Below are positions 1-13,399 of a stretch of 64,000 bases of DNA, in pieces. Within the stretch, counting starts at the first letter, position 1. Every line of letters begins with the position of its first letter. The translations under genes were made by a program, and so were the position numbers. The stretch lies in the NCBI RefSeq assembly GCF_009914755.1, contig NC_060944.1. The stretch is one strand, 5' to 3'. Origin of the DNA: the human T2T-CHM13v2.0 reference genome, Homo sapiens. The notes beneath the pieces are model-generated. The model had not been told where the DNA came from and searched no databases. It worked only from the letters and a program-made list of their open reading frames with translations.

Positions 1-1241
1 TAGATAAATCATGTTCATATTGGGTTCTCTGAAGGGCCCCAAATAAATAGCACAATTTCCCCCCATCTAAACGATAAAAAATTAAGTAGCAGACAGGGGG
101 CAGGATGAAACTTTTATTACTGATCAAATTGAGTTGGAGGATGCAACTTAGTGTGACCATTCAGCTAATGGGCCAATTAGCTGAATGACAGAATTAGACC
201 AATTTACCAATCACAGGCAATATCTGTGACAAGAAATTATACTTGCAGGTCAGCCCACAATGAAGAGGGAGTTCAGCTGAGCAAACCCAGTTACCCATCA
301 CTATCTTACCAACTAGATAAGCCCACTTCCTCATGCCTGGGGCAGAATGCATAATGTGGCAGAGAAGCTAGGAATGGGTATAGGGAAAATCCCACTCATG
401 GAAATCAGAACTTGAAAGGTAAACATTTCCCAATAACCCCATAAAAGTGGCAATCCTACCTCATCATATATATCCATATAATGTAATCCTAATCAGCATC
501 CCAGGCGCCTTTTGTTCTCAGAATTTGATCAGTGACTTCTAAACAATACCTCTAATGAACATGTTGATTAGGAAATCCAAGAGATTTTTGAAAACATACT
601 AATTGACATAAACCACTGGTAGATGGGGTTGAGTGGATATTACAGAATACTAAAACCAGAGAAATAAACACTTTTTGGATTCAACCATCATCCAAATTCT
701 CTTTGTTGTTCAAGAATGCTTATTTTCCCATGTTTTTCCTACTGCAATTGCCGTCTTCTTGACTTAGCTGAAAGCTTCAGGATCATGAACTAGTTATCCT
801 GTGCCTATCTTCCATTAGAAAGGTCTTAGGAAGGGCTTTCACTGGCTCAGCTTTACAAAATGCTCACCTGGGGTATAATTACCATGGGTGCATAGAGTAC
901 AATGGTTAGTTCTCCTGAGTTGTCACCTTTGCAGATAAAGGTATACAGTCCACTACTAGAAGACTATGGAGTTAGCAGACAACAAAAAATCTGCCAAATC
1001 TGAAAATACACCATAAATTGAGAAACTGTAACTTACTCAACTATCAAACAATGGTATTGATTTGAAATGAAGGTCAGATCCTCACACCTCGTAACATACA
1101 CTATCAAGTAACACTGTGGGGAGGAACCAAGTAACAATTTAACTTAAACAATGTTTGTTTCATTATTTTAAAAGGGAGGCACATTTGGCATAACCTTTGA
1201 ATTGCTGTTGAATATTTTCATAGTTCACAATGAATAATACA

Positions 1242-1247
1242 TTTATT
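1242..1247 (-). terminator. Candidate proximal poly(A) signal of ZNF334
   Basis: AATAAA on the minus strand ~185 nt after the stop. Other candidates at 1411-1416 and 113-118. Confidence 0.5.
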
Positions 1248-1429
1248 AAACAAATTATTTCTTTCCTACATGATTTCTCTGATGTTACATTGAGGGTTGA
1301 CTTATGGCAGAAAAATTTTCCATATTCATTACATTTATAAGATTTTACTCCTCTATACATACTCACAGTTTAGCATTGTGTAAGTTATTTGATTTGTTGC
1401 TTTGTTGGAATTTATTACTTTGTTGGAAC

Positions 1430-3231
1430 TTATTCCTTGTGGGATTTCTGATGTAAAAGAAAGTTTGATTTGTGGCGAAATGTTTTCTCACATTTGTTAC
1501 ATTCATAAGGTTTCTCTCCTGTGTGTATTTTCTGATGTTCAGTGAGAGTCCACAGGCGACGGTAGGTTTTCCCACATTGATTACATTCATATGGTTTCTC
1601 TCCTGTGTGAATTCTTCTATGGACTCTGAAGGCTGACTTATGGCAGAAGGATTTCCCACATTCATTACATTCATATGGTTTCTCCCCAGTGTGAGTTCGC
1701 TGATGTTCAACAAAGGAGAACTTCTGACAGAAGGTTTTCCCACATTCATTACACTCATAGGGTCTCTGTCCTGTGTGTGTTCTCTGATGGTGAGTCAGGG
1801 CTGACTTCCTGCAGTAGGTTCTCCCACATTCATTGCATTCATATGGTCTCTCCCATATAGTTCTCTGATGTACAATGAGGTGTGAGTTTTTGCTGACGGC
1901 ATGCCCATGTTCACTACACTCATAAAGATTCTCCTTTGTGTTCATTCTCTTACACTGACTGCAGTTTGACTTCACAATGGAGATTCTACCACATTTATTA
2001 AACACACCATGTTTCTCTCCTGTGTGTGTTCTCTGATGTATAGTGAGTGTTGACTTATGGCAGAAAAATTTCCCACATTCATTACATTCATAAGACTTCT
2101 TTCCTCTATGAGTTATCTGATGTGCAATGAGGGCTGATTTCGTACATAAAAATTTTCCACATTGACTGCATTCATAGGGCTTCTCTCCTGTATGACTTCT
2201 TCGATGCACATTGAGGGCAGATTGACAAAAGAAGGTTTTCTCACATTCACTACATTCATAGGGTTTTTCCCCTGTGTGAATTCTCTGATGCGCAGTAAGG
2301 GCTGACTGACAGAAGAAGGTTTTCCCACATTCCTTACATTCATTTGGCTTCTCTCCTCTGTGAGTTCTTTGATGTACAACAAGATACGATTTCTTGCTGA
2401 AGGCATTTCCACATTCCTTGCATTCGTAAGGCTTCTCCCCTGTGTGTGACCTGAAATGTTCAGCCAGGGCTGACTTCCGAAAAAAGGTCTTTCCACATTC
2501 ATTACACTCATAGGATTTCTCCCCTCCATGAATTTTCTGGTGTACAATAAGGGCAGATTTGTCAATGAAGGTTTTCCTGCATTCACTGCATTCATAGGGT
2601 CTCTCTCCAGTATGAATTCTTCGGTGTCGAGTGAGGCTTGTCTTCACACGAAAAGTTTTCCTACAATCACTACAAACATACGGTTTCTCCCCTGTATGAA
2701 TTCTCTGATGTACAATGAGGGTAGATCTCTTAGAAAAGGTTTTCCTACATTCATTACATTCATTTGGTTTCCTTTCAGTCTGTCTCCCCTTTTGTGTAAT
2801 GAGAATTGCCCTCTTGAAGAAGGTTTTCCCACATTTATTATAGTCAAACGGTTGTTTCAAAATCTGAATGTTCTGGTGCAGAATAAGATTTTCGTTTTGA
2901 TTGCTGGCTTTCCTCATTGGATTGTATCTGTATTTTTTCATTCCCAAATGACTTTTCTCATGCTTCCCAAATCCACTGTATCCATCAGGAATCTTTCTGT
3001 TTTCTTTGCTTTTCTTTGCAACAATTACTTCTGAATTAGTTTTCAAACTGTTTCCTCCTGGATTACATTTATAGGGCATTTTTCTTGAGGGAACACTATT
3101 CATGCCCAGATTAAGTGTTTTCCCAAATACATTCTCTCTTTCTGTAATCAGTGTTTTGTTGCTGAAGAATACAGTTTGTGTCAAATGTTTATCTTGGATT
3201 TCCTTGTTCTTCTCTAAGGCATCATCAATGT
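1430..3231 (-). CDS. ZNF334: ZNF334 last coding exon: spacer plus C2H2 zinc-finger array (14 intact fingers, ~3 degenerate)
   Basis: Part of ORF 1430..3247, with repeated C-x2-C-x12-H-x3-H motifs and TGEKPY linkers. Acceptor tttttctag|AC at 3232/3231 (phase 1, G|AC=Asp); stop TAA at 1432-1430. Spliced CDS 21+127+93+1802=2043 nt = 680 aa. Confidence 0.96.
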
Positions 3232-3789
3232 CTAGAAAAAGGAACACAATTAACGGTAATTGGTGAGCCTTTATATGTTTGCTATGAAATGAGAATTCCT
3301 TAGAAATGCATTGTTTTAGGGGTTAGACTTCAGGCCAAGCCTTCCAAGATTAAACAAATTTCAAGTGCAAATATCTCTTACTTGGTTGATTTGAAGAAAT
3401 ACAGAAACAAAAAATACAAAAAAGCAAATCCATCCATACCAGCCACTATTTAACAGGGGGAAAGGAAGAGGAAACTAGCAAAGAATACAAGTACCTTTGA
3501 CACTTTACAAATACTACTAAACATTGAGTGGAAAAAGTAAATAGTCACAAGGAATAGTACACAAAGTATGCTGGAAGTGTGGCTGATGGAGTGTTGAATA
3601 AAACAGACAAGAGTCAAGTAAGCACTTAGAGAAAGATAGTCATACAGTGAGACCAGGTACAACAGATATCAGAAAGATGGTCAGTTATTATCAAAACACA
3701 CAAGAAGGAAGAGGTAAATCTGAAATTTTTGCAGTGACATGGAACTCTCGAATTTGTACAGTGCAAAGGGAAGTAAGATTGTGGGCTGA

Positions 3790-3915
3790 GTAGAGCTGGG
3801 ACTAGAGGAAGGCAAGCAGGATACCCAGGGCACCTGTGCAATCCTGAGAGTTGAGTGTCTTCCTAAATTTTGCATGCCAGGCACCTTGTTTGCCTCACCC
3901 TACTCCGGATCCTGG
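3790..3915 (-). mobile_element. hAT-Tip100 MITE, MER96-like
   Basis: Reverse complement reads caggatccggagtagggtgaggcaa...gcaaaatttaggaag, resembling the MER96 end as I recall it. Confidence 0.5.
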
Positions 3916-4347
3916 TGAAGCGTAGAATGGAAAGGGAAACCGTGTTATTTCTGTTAAGTGACGTAGAGAAAAATGGAAGACAATTAAAAAGATCATGACA
4001 GATCTCTGAATGTCTGAAATATAAACCAAGCCTATGACAATGGTGGGTGGGGCAAGGGAGGCAACAAAGAATGCTACAGAAATAAAGTTTAAGGTGTGAT
4101 AAAAGAAGAACTTGAATTTTGGGGATAGGTAACTTAATGGCAAACATCTTTATAAATTTCAATTATTTATTTGGGGAGAATGTTTCAGATGTCCATAGCA
4201 TGACAGTTAATCAACCTCAATCACTTCTAAAGGTCTGGGCCAACAAAAAGAAATTCATGAAAAACATTACGATGCCAACTATTACCACCGACCACCATGG
4301 AACTCTCATTTCCATTGGTTCCACCTGCTCAGTTATCATTTACTTAC

Positions 4348-4440
4348 CTGGGTAGTTCTGATTTGAGAATTCCTCCACTATCCATGGCTCTTCTCCTTGC
4401 TCCAATTTGAAAATCACATCTGGTTTGCTAACATGATACC
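4348..4440 (-). CDS. ZNF334: ZNF334 KRAB-B exon ([31 protein letters not shown])
   Basis: Acceptor ccattaacag| at 4441, donor CCAG|gtaagta at 4347. 93 nt, phase 1-1, with the classic [15 protein letters not shown] motif. Confidence 0.95.
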
Positions 4441-4676
4441 CTGTTAATGGGAAATTACAGAACTTGGACCAAGATCTTTGGACATCAGAGACTCTGAAGA
4501 ATGAAGAAAGTACAGCTTCAGAAGCTGTGCAATGAAGATGCCCAGCAATAGCTCAGTAAAGCTAGAACATTTTGGTGAAGGGTAGGGGAAGGGCAGTGAA
4601 TACATACACAAACTTCTACTGTCTAAAAGGGTTTAATCTTCTTGCTCCCCTGATGCTCAGGGCTAAATAAATTCTA

Positions 4677-4973
<297 letters not shown>

Positions 4974-5756
4974 CTATAGAGAGATGTAATTGTGGGAGGG
5001 CAGAAAATTAAAAATCTGTCACTGTGTTCATTTTTTAAAATGAATTTTAAAAATGTGCTGAGCTTATACCATGTCCTGGAGCTATTCCAATTGCCTGGAT
5101 TACTAATCACATAAAATACTAATCTTACTCTTTAGGAGCATACATTCTGACAGGGTGACAAAAATAGAAATGTACATCTTTAAAGAGCAATGCTGGACAT
5201 ATACACAAGATGAAGGGTGATCACAAAAGAAGAAAGCTTGCTCCATTTTTGTTACCCCTTCTTTGAGAGCATAATAATTTTAGTCCTGAAATATAAACAG
5301 TATGTTTTATAGGACTGTAGCCATTAAGAATATACACAGACACAAAACACATATGGGGAGTTCGAGAACTACAATCTCTCCACAGGAAAGGTTAGTGAGG
5401 AGCGGGACAGAGGTCAGAGAATAGAGGAACTCTTTTCTCTAATTAGTAGTCTTGAAATTTAGATAGTACGGCACATCAGTAAAACATTCTTGCATATACG
5501 CTAACGTACATTTACTTAGGAATTGTAGTATATTTCCAAGTGAGTTCCAGCTATACACTAATATCAATAAAGCTTAATTATGTTTTCATTCTTTTGGCTG
5601 AAATACAAGAATAGAAGTCCAGTGAATTGCTGGGGTGCTCCCTATCCTCCACTTTGGAGACCACTGTTATAAATAATGGAAATCCATAAAGAGTTATTTG
5701 TAAGCAAGGACTGGAGATTTGTGACCAAATGTGTATTTTGAAACAATGCTCTAGAG

Positions 5757-5957
5757 CATAAGAGTTGGCAAACTTCAGTCCGTGGGCAAAATCTAGGCCA
5801 CTGGGAGCCAAACGTGGTCACGCTCATTTGTTACACACAGTCTATGACTGCTTTCATGTCACAACAGCTGTGCCAAGGAAATCCAACAGAGACCACAGGG
5901 CCAGCAAAGCCAAAAATTTTGACCTTGTCCTCTAAAGAAAACATTTGCTGTCCCCTA
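5757..5957 (+). mobile_element. MER58A-like hAT-Charlie MITE
   Basis: agagttggcaaact...ctcatttg...gtctatgactgctttc...gaaaacatttgctgtccccta. Confidence 0.65.
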
Positions 5958-6477
5958 CTCTAGAAAAATGGAAACTGGCTTAAAGGTCAAATTAGAAGGG
6001 AAGAAAACTAAGACACTACTACAGGACATGAGCACAGGTAGTTCCTGGGAAATGGGAAGGAGAGAATCAGTCCTACATAACGGGAGGCAAGGAGAGTTGA
6101 CCACTACTTGATGTGCAGTAGATGTAATGTGCATATTATTTCACATGATCAGCTGGGCTGACGCTAGTAGTATATGTGGAGATTAGGAAAACAAAACAAA
6201 AAAGAGAATCGAGCATAGGAAATGAAGGCACTGATCTTTACCATGCTGTGCTTGAAGTGTCTGTTGAGTAAAGAAGTACAGATATCTAGCTGGCAGTTTG
6301 ATATATGGTTCTGGAGCTCACAGGAGAGATACCACAGTGATCAGAAGCAATATTTGAAAGCATAAATAATGAGGAAGGTCTCCATGAACTGATATGAAGT
6401 GAAAAAAGCAAAGTATTAAAGAATATCTATAATATATTACCTTTTATGTAAGAAAGGAGATGTAAGAAAACACACAT

Positions 6478-6767
6478 GGCCAGGTGTGGTGGCGCACACC
6501 TATAATCCCAGCACTCTGAGAGGTTGAGGTAGGCTGATCGCTGGAGCTCAGAAGCTCAAGATCAGTCTGGGCAACACGGCAAAACCCCATCTCTACAAAA
6601 AAATAAAAAAAAATTAGCCAGGCATGGTGGCATGTGCTACTCGGGTGGCTGAGGCAAGAGGATCACTTGAGTCTGGGAGTCAGAGGTTGCAGTGAGCTCA
6701 GATTGTGCCACTGTACTCCAGCAGCCTGGGTGACAGTGCAAGACCTCATCTCAAAAAAACAAAAAAA
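6478..6767 (+). mobile_element. Alu (AluJ-like) inserted in an old L1 fragment
   Basis: Dimeric Alu with A-rich linker and tail; TSD-like aaaacacacat/aaaacccacat. Confidence 0.9.
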
Positions 6768-6963
6768 CCCACATGTAACCACTACATGTGAAAAAAAATT
6801 ATGGAAAGGATACACCAGAAACTCATGAAACTGGTTACATTCAGGGGAGAGGTGGAGACAGACGGAAAGAATGGACGGATGGGAACAGAGTAGAAGAGAT
6901 GAGAAGGAGTGACACTTCTCTAAAATATCTTTCTATACGGTTTTGATTCTTAGAACTATGGTA

Positions 6964-7252
6964 GGCCAGGCGTGGTGCCTCATGCCTGTAATCACAGCAC
7001 TTCGGGAGGCTGAGGTGGGAGGATCGCTTGAACTCAGGAGTTCAAGACCAGCCTAGGCAACATAGTGAGACCCCATCTCTCAAAAAAAATTTTTTTTTTT
7101 GCCAGGAGTGGTGGCACATGCCTGTAGTCCCAGCTACTTGGAAGGCTAAGGCAGGAGGATTGCTTGAGCTGAGGAGGTCAAGACTTTAGTGAGCTATGAT
7201 TGCACCACTGCACTCCAGCCTGGGTAACAGAGCAAAACCCAGTTTCAAAAAT
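6964..7252 (+). mobile_element. Alu (AluJ-like), followed by a GA-rich low-complexity tract (7283-7415)
   Basis: Dimeric Alu consensus blocks. Confidence 0.9.
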
Positions 7253-8719
7253 TAAGTAAGTTAAATAAGCTTAAGTAAGTAAAAAGGAAAGAAAGAAAAG
7301 AAAGAGGAAAGGAAAAGAAAGGAGAAATGAAGGGAGGGAGGAAAGACAAGGAAAAGAAAACAAAGGAAAAACAAGGGAAAGGGAAGCGGAAGGGGAAAGG
7401 AAAGAAAGAAAAGGCTAGGATGAACCCTGCAAAATAACTAGCCAGCAAAGTGTCAAGGTTGTAAGTGACAAAGAAGGACCATCGTGGGTTGCAAGAGGCT
7501 AAGGAGACAGGACATTTAACACAACCTGGGTTCCTAGGTTGGATCCTTGAACTGAAAAAGGATATTATGGAAAATAATAAGCAGAATTTGAATACGATAG
7601 ATAATAATACTGTATTCATGTGAATTTCCTGGTTCTGATCACTATAATATAGTTTTGAAAGATCAGGGGAAGCGAGGTGAAGGAAACACAGGTATTTTGT
7701 GTATGATTTTTCTCATTCTTCGTATTTAAAAATAAAGCAGTAAAAAACAGGCATGCTGCCTCCACCTCTGCAGACACCTGGGCTTTGGCCTGCTGTATGT
7801 CTCACCTCACCCACATGACCATCCTAGGTCACCCGTCTTTCTTTTCTTTGATCTGCTATACATCTTTCTACTGACAAATTTTATTAGGTAATTTAATGAG
7901 GCCTTTCCCGCTATCACCACTTAACTGTCTCTTAAACTAGAAGTAGTTACATTATCCATTTTATTTCTTCCATGAATTACTTCCTCTGAAGGACCTATAA
8001 GCTTCCTGAAGATAAAGAGTATCTCATAATTATAGGCACAACAATAGACATATAAGGTCTTAATGACTAGAAAGAATGACTGGCAAAAATATTAGAAACA
8101 AAACGCCAGGGAGAAAGAGTGCCAGGGAAGAGCCCTCACTAGAAAGTTCTGTACTTGCTCAGGCAGACCCAGTGCACTTCATAGCAGAAAGTCCAAAGTA
8201 AGAACAGTGAAATGTGTTCACTTTGTGAGAAACTGAAAGGTGCTTATGACAAAAGAAAAAGAAACTCGATTCTCCCGGTGACTCAGGTCCATTCTGCAAG
8301 CAATACTGTAAGTAGAATGATGATCCATTCAGAGCAGAGGAGAGTTCACCATTTCACACAAAACAAGATTACCCAAAAAAAGAAATGATGAGTACTACTA
8401 TGAGCAGGGATATGGCTACTGAGGACATGTGCCTACACCTTTAAAGGCTAATAGTCTTACTTGTGAGGTAGACAGATAATGACCAGACCCTACATGTAAT
8501 GCAAAGAAGAGGGCCAGCATTGCTCTGTAAACACATAGTCTGTGGACAAAGAATATGAGGACAGGAATGGGTCCTGTGACGAGATGGCTCCTGGCTATGT
8601 TCACAATGTAGGCAGAAAAGGGGTAGAAAGTCAAGGAGCAAACAGTAGAAACACGGTTAAAAGCAAGAGTGTAAAATTTGGGGCATGTTCAGGAGACTAA
8701 ATGCAGACCACCATCGTTC

Positions 8720-9400
8720 TTCAGAGGGGCTCAATGTGGGTGGTCCCTTCCATCAGGGGCATGTGGCACATCTGCGGAGACATTTTTGCCTGTCAGGGTT
8801 CTGTGGGATGCTGTTGGCATTTGGTGGAAGGAGAGGGAAGGAAGGATGGTAGAGACACTGCAACATGCAGGACCTTCTCCTACAGGAAAGAAATGTCCCA
8901 AGTCCTGTATAACTTTCTAATCTTAAATATTCATATAAACGAAAAATCCTGTTTATAATGATCTGAGCCTAGAACCTTATTCCATTTGGCACTTGAACAC
9001 ATAGTATTTTTATATATTTTTTATGTATATTAAATTTTCTTCAATGTAATAGTGGATACATCAAGCACAATTTGTATTTGATTTGAACTGGAACTTCAGG
9101 GATTTTCACTCTTGAAAAATATCACAAATGGCAATGCTATGTACAGTATTTGAATCATGACACATCAGTCCCATATCAGTGAGAACTTGTAATTATCACG
9201 TTCATAGAAATTTAACCTAAAAGTAATCTGTATAAACACCAGACTCCTCTTCTTTTACTATAGTTTTATCTGGGCAAGTCTATATTAAGATACATATCAT
9301 TTTTAATTACTTTTTTATTTTTCCTCTATATTCGAGTTCTATTGATTTTTTTAAAAATTACACAAGTAAGTTGTATTATCTATGATCTCCAAAATAGGAT
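8720..9400. mobile_element. hAT-Charlie relic (MER20/MER20B-like)
   Basis: ggagacatttttg...gggatgctgttggcat...tataatgatctgagcctagaacc. Confidence 0.45.
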
Positions 9401-10576
9401 AAAGGGAGGATGGCTTTTAGTTGGGATTTCTAGAAAACAGATCCTAAGGCAAGGACTTGGTCTGCATCATTCCATCTGGGAACTCCAAGCCGGGGTAGTG
9501 AGGGTGAGGGAAGTAAGGAAGGGAGGAAAGAAAGGATGTAAACAATGAGATATGAGAGGCATTAGCATGCTGCCCACCAACTCACTACAAGCCCCAAAGA
9601 GGGGCAAGTTTCCTCAGCAGGAGCATGGGGTCAGCACGTGGGTCAGCACATGGGACATCTCTGGGAGGACCACCAGGAGAAACTAACCTTGAAATAGTGC
9701 ACAGAATAGAGAAAGGATGGGGAATTCATCTGCCCACCTCCTTCTCATTTTCCATTTCCCTTCATTCAAGGTTCACCCACGGTGAGTTAACTTGCGCACA
9801 CTTCCAGGTTGCATCATCTGGCTCCACCATCTGGCCCCTCAGGAAGCTGGTACCACACCTCATGGTGTGTGGTTTCATCCAAGTCTAAAACAGGAGGCAG
9901 CCTGGTGTGGGTGGGTGGCATTAACTAAGAGAGATAAAGGGGATGGCAGAATATGGAAGGTTTGCATCCCAATATAGCTCCTAAGAAAGTATGTTCTGTA
10001 AAAAGATATGGGTCTGGCAGAGTTGAGAACCACCTCAGCACAGTTTGAATTGCTTGTGTAATATCTTTCTCTTTCACTAGCACATGAGCTCCATGAGGAC
10101 AGAGACAGTATCTCCTTCATTCAAGCTGAATGTAGACCATCTAGCATAGCGTATCACACACAATTGTTTGATCAATATACAGCTGTTGAATGAAAGGTCC
10201 AGAGTGGTAGGAACTGAGAAGAGGCAGGAAACGGTCATGACATACATAGCCTTACAGGTCATACCAAGGATGCTGAACTTGTATTCTGCAAGTGGCGTGG
10301 AACCTCTTAAGTCATTTCTGTATTAAGACATGATCACGTTGGCATTTTGGAGGAATTGGTCAGTGTGAAGAACAGCCTTGAGGTGGGAAGAGGAAGGGGC
10401 CAAGCAGACTGCTGAGAAAGCTACTAATATTATGACAACCCACGAGAAACTGAGGCAGGAGAGGAGGAGATGGAAGTGAAAGGACAAATTCAAGAAATGT
10501 TTATGTGACAACATTAGCAAGCTCGACAAACAGGTATGGTAGGACGTGAGGAAAAGGAGAATTAAGATGGACTTCA

Positions 10577-11051
<475 letters not shown>

Positions 11052-11124
11052 TTACAGAGATGTTCAGCAAGAATCTCAAGCTGAGGTCCTCAGAGGCAGA
11101 AATACCTCAGAGCATAAAGACTCA

Positions 11125-11427
<303 letters not shown>

Positions 11428-12213
11428 TTATCAGAGGTGCCTATTAGGGAGGGGGCAGTCATACTGTCAAATGCAACAAAGAGTTTGGTAAAGTATGAAC
11501 TGAAAGATACTCATTGGGTTTGAAAATATTTAGGTTACTGCTAAATTTTTCCAGAACAGATCCATCAGAGTGGTGGGGGCAGACACCAGACTGTATCAAG
11601 TGGGTTGAAATGAGACAGGCACATGAAGAAGTTTTACCTACAGAATATAATATTGAATTGTTCCCTCTAGAACTTGTTTTATAAGTATAGCTGAAATAAA
11701 GTTATGGGGCATTATTTGAGGAACACTATTTTATTTGTTATAGGTTTTATCCATTTATTCTAGGTCTTATCACTGGATCATAGACATCACAGAGAACCAT
11801 CAGAATGCTGCCTGTTCGGATGACACTGGATTGGTTCCCTGTAATTACTGTGCTCTGCCTGGGTATAGAAGTCACAGGAAACCCATACCATTTCTTTCTC
11901 AGCTGTTTTTGGCAGAACTGTCTCTACTTCACTTACTCAAAGATCATCCAAGAAAATTTTTAGATATAAATGATGGGAAAACCACACAAAAATCCAGTGT
12001 AAGGGCTATCTCATATTGTCTGGGCCTTTCTGGAACCATTTGAGTAACTCTATAGGAATATATGATTTCTGTATATCTATGTCCACTTTTCCAGTATTGA
12101 TCGAATACTCTTCTCTGATGCTGAATTTTATACATTTCGTTTCATCTGCAAACTACTCTAAACCTCTTGAAATTCACTGTATAATGTGAGAAGTAAATCC
12201 CTGAGCAACTTAC

Positions 12214-12234
12214 CTGAAATTTTTTCATTTTCAT
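12214..12234 (-). CDS. ZNF334: ZNF334 start-codon exon, coding part (MKMKKFQ); whole exon probably 12214-12272
   Basis: gagaacATGAAAATGAAAAAATTTCAG|gtaagt; the phase-0 donor joins KRAB-A in frame. Acceptor ttccttacccag| at 12273. Confidence 0.9.
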
Positions 12235-12671
12235 GTTCTCTTGAGAAAGGGCCAAGAGTGTTGAAAGCAGAGCTGGGTAAGGAAGAATGGCGAATGGAAT
12301 CATGAGCGATTTGGCTCACACAGCAGCTCTACAATTACCTACAAAGCCACACACCCATTTAAAAACATGGCCCTTTGACCAGTCTGGTTCAGGAAGCAAC
12401 ATGTTGAGGAAACGTTCACTTGTCCATTTATAGTTCTAGAATGGTCTCATAGAGCTTTTCTTACTGAGTGAGTGTCAACAAATGTTTTCTACTGAATTAC
12501 TGTCAATCTATGCCTCCTTTGAAAAAAATTGAAAACGTCTGAGTCCAATTAATAGGAGACTAGGTCAACGAAAGTTAGTATATACAAAGCCTGGAACACT
12601 ATTTTGGCATTAAAATGGACTCTAGGATTAAAAGATTTCTTGGAATAGGAAAATGATATTATGTCACTTAC

Positions 12672-12916
12672 CTGTTTTCCTACTAATGTGTTTAGCCACT
12701 TGAGATGACAGAATCCAGAGAGAATGAATGAAAGTGCTTTAAGGTGTTTGTCTTTTTGACAGTTTGGTTTCCCTTAGCTGCAGTTTCACAAGAGGACCTT
12801 TTACTAAGAAACTTCTTGTGGTAGGTAACGTAAATGTGGTAGATGACAAAAGCCCTGACCTGGTACTCAAAGGACCAGAATTCAGTTATTGGCTCTGTCA
12901 CTAGCAAACTGCATTA
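12672..12916 (-). other. ZNF334: Probable ZNF334 non-coding 5' UTR exon (or 3' part of a long first exon)
   Basis: Strong donor AACAG|gtaagt at 12671; candidate acceptor atttttttcag| at 12917. Confidence 0.5.
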
Positions 12917-13399
12917 CTGAAAAAAATATTTACTAAGTCGTAATTTTAATATAAGATAAATTGGTTTTTAGTCTTTCCTTTACCCCTATCGTGTAGCTCT
13001 GTAAGGGGTAAACTCAGTAAATCCCAGGTGAGGTGATGAACATGGTTGGTGCAGCTCTGAATAAACAGAGGGTGGAGATGGTAGGGAATGACATGTATGT
13101 GTTTAGGAAGTGATGAAGACATCATTTCCTTATTTATAACCAGTACTCCTTCCCTCCAACCCAGGACTCTCGCAGATACCTCCAGTGAAGTGTCTTTTCC
13201 TGTCAAATCTTGACCCTGCCCATTCCAGCTCACATCCTTCTTCCGAAAGTTGAACTGAACTTTGCTGAGCTATAATAATCAATGGCTGCAAGACTAAGTG
13301 CATCAGCAGAAGTTCTGGAAAGAGGCTCTAGCTACTTGGATGCGTAAACCTTTCACCTTCACCAAGCGCCTTCTTCGGGCAAATCAGGGCCCTAGAGAG

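Noticed and set aside
1363-3034. Overlapping alternative-frame and antisense ORFs in the zinc-finger exon
   Set aside because: Usual shadow frames of C2H2 arrays (MNVMNVGKP repeats).
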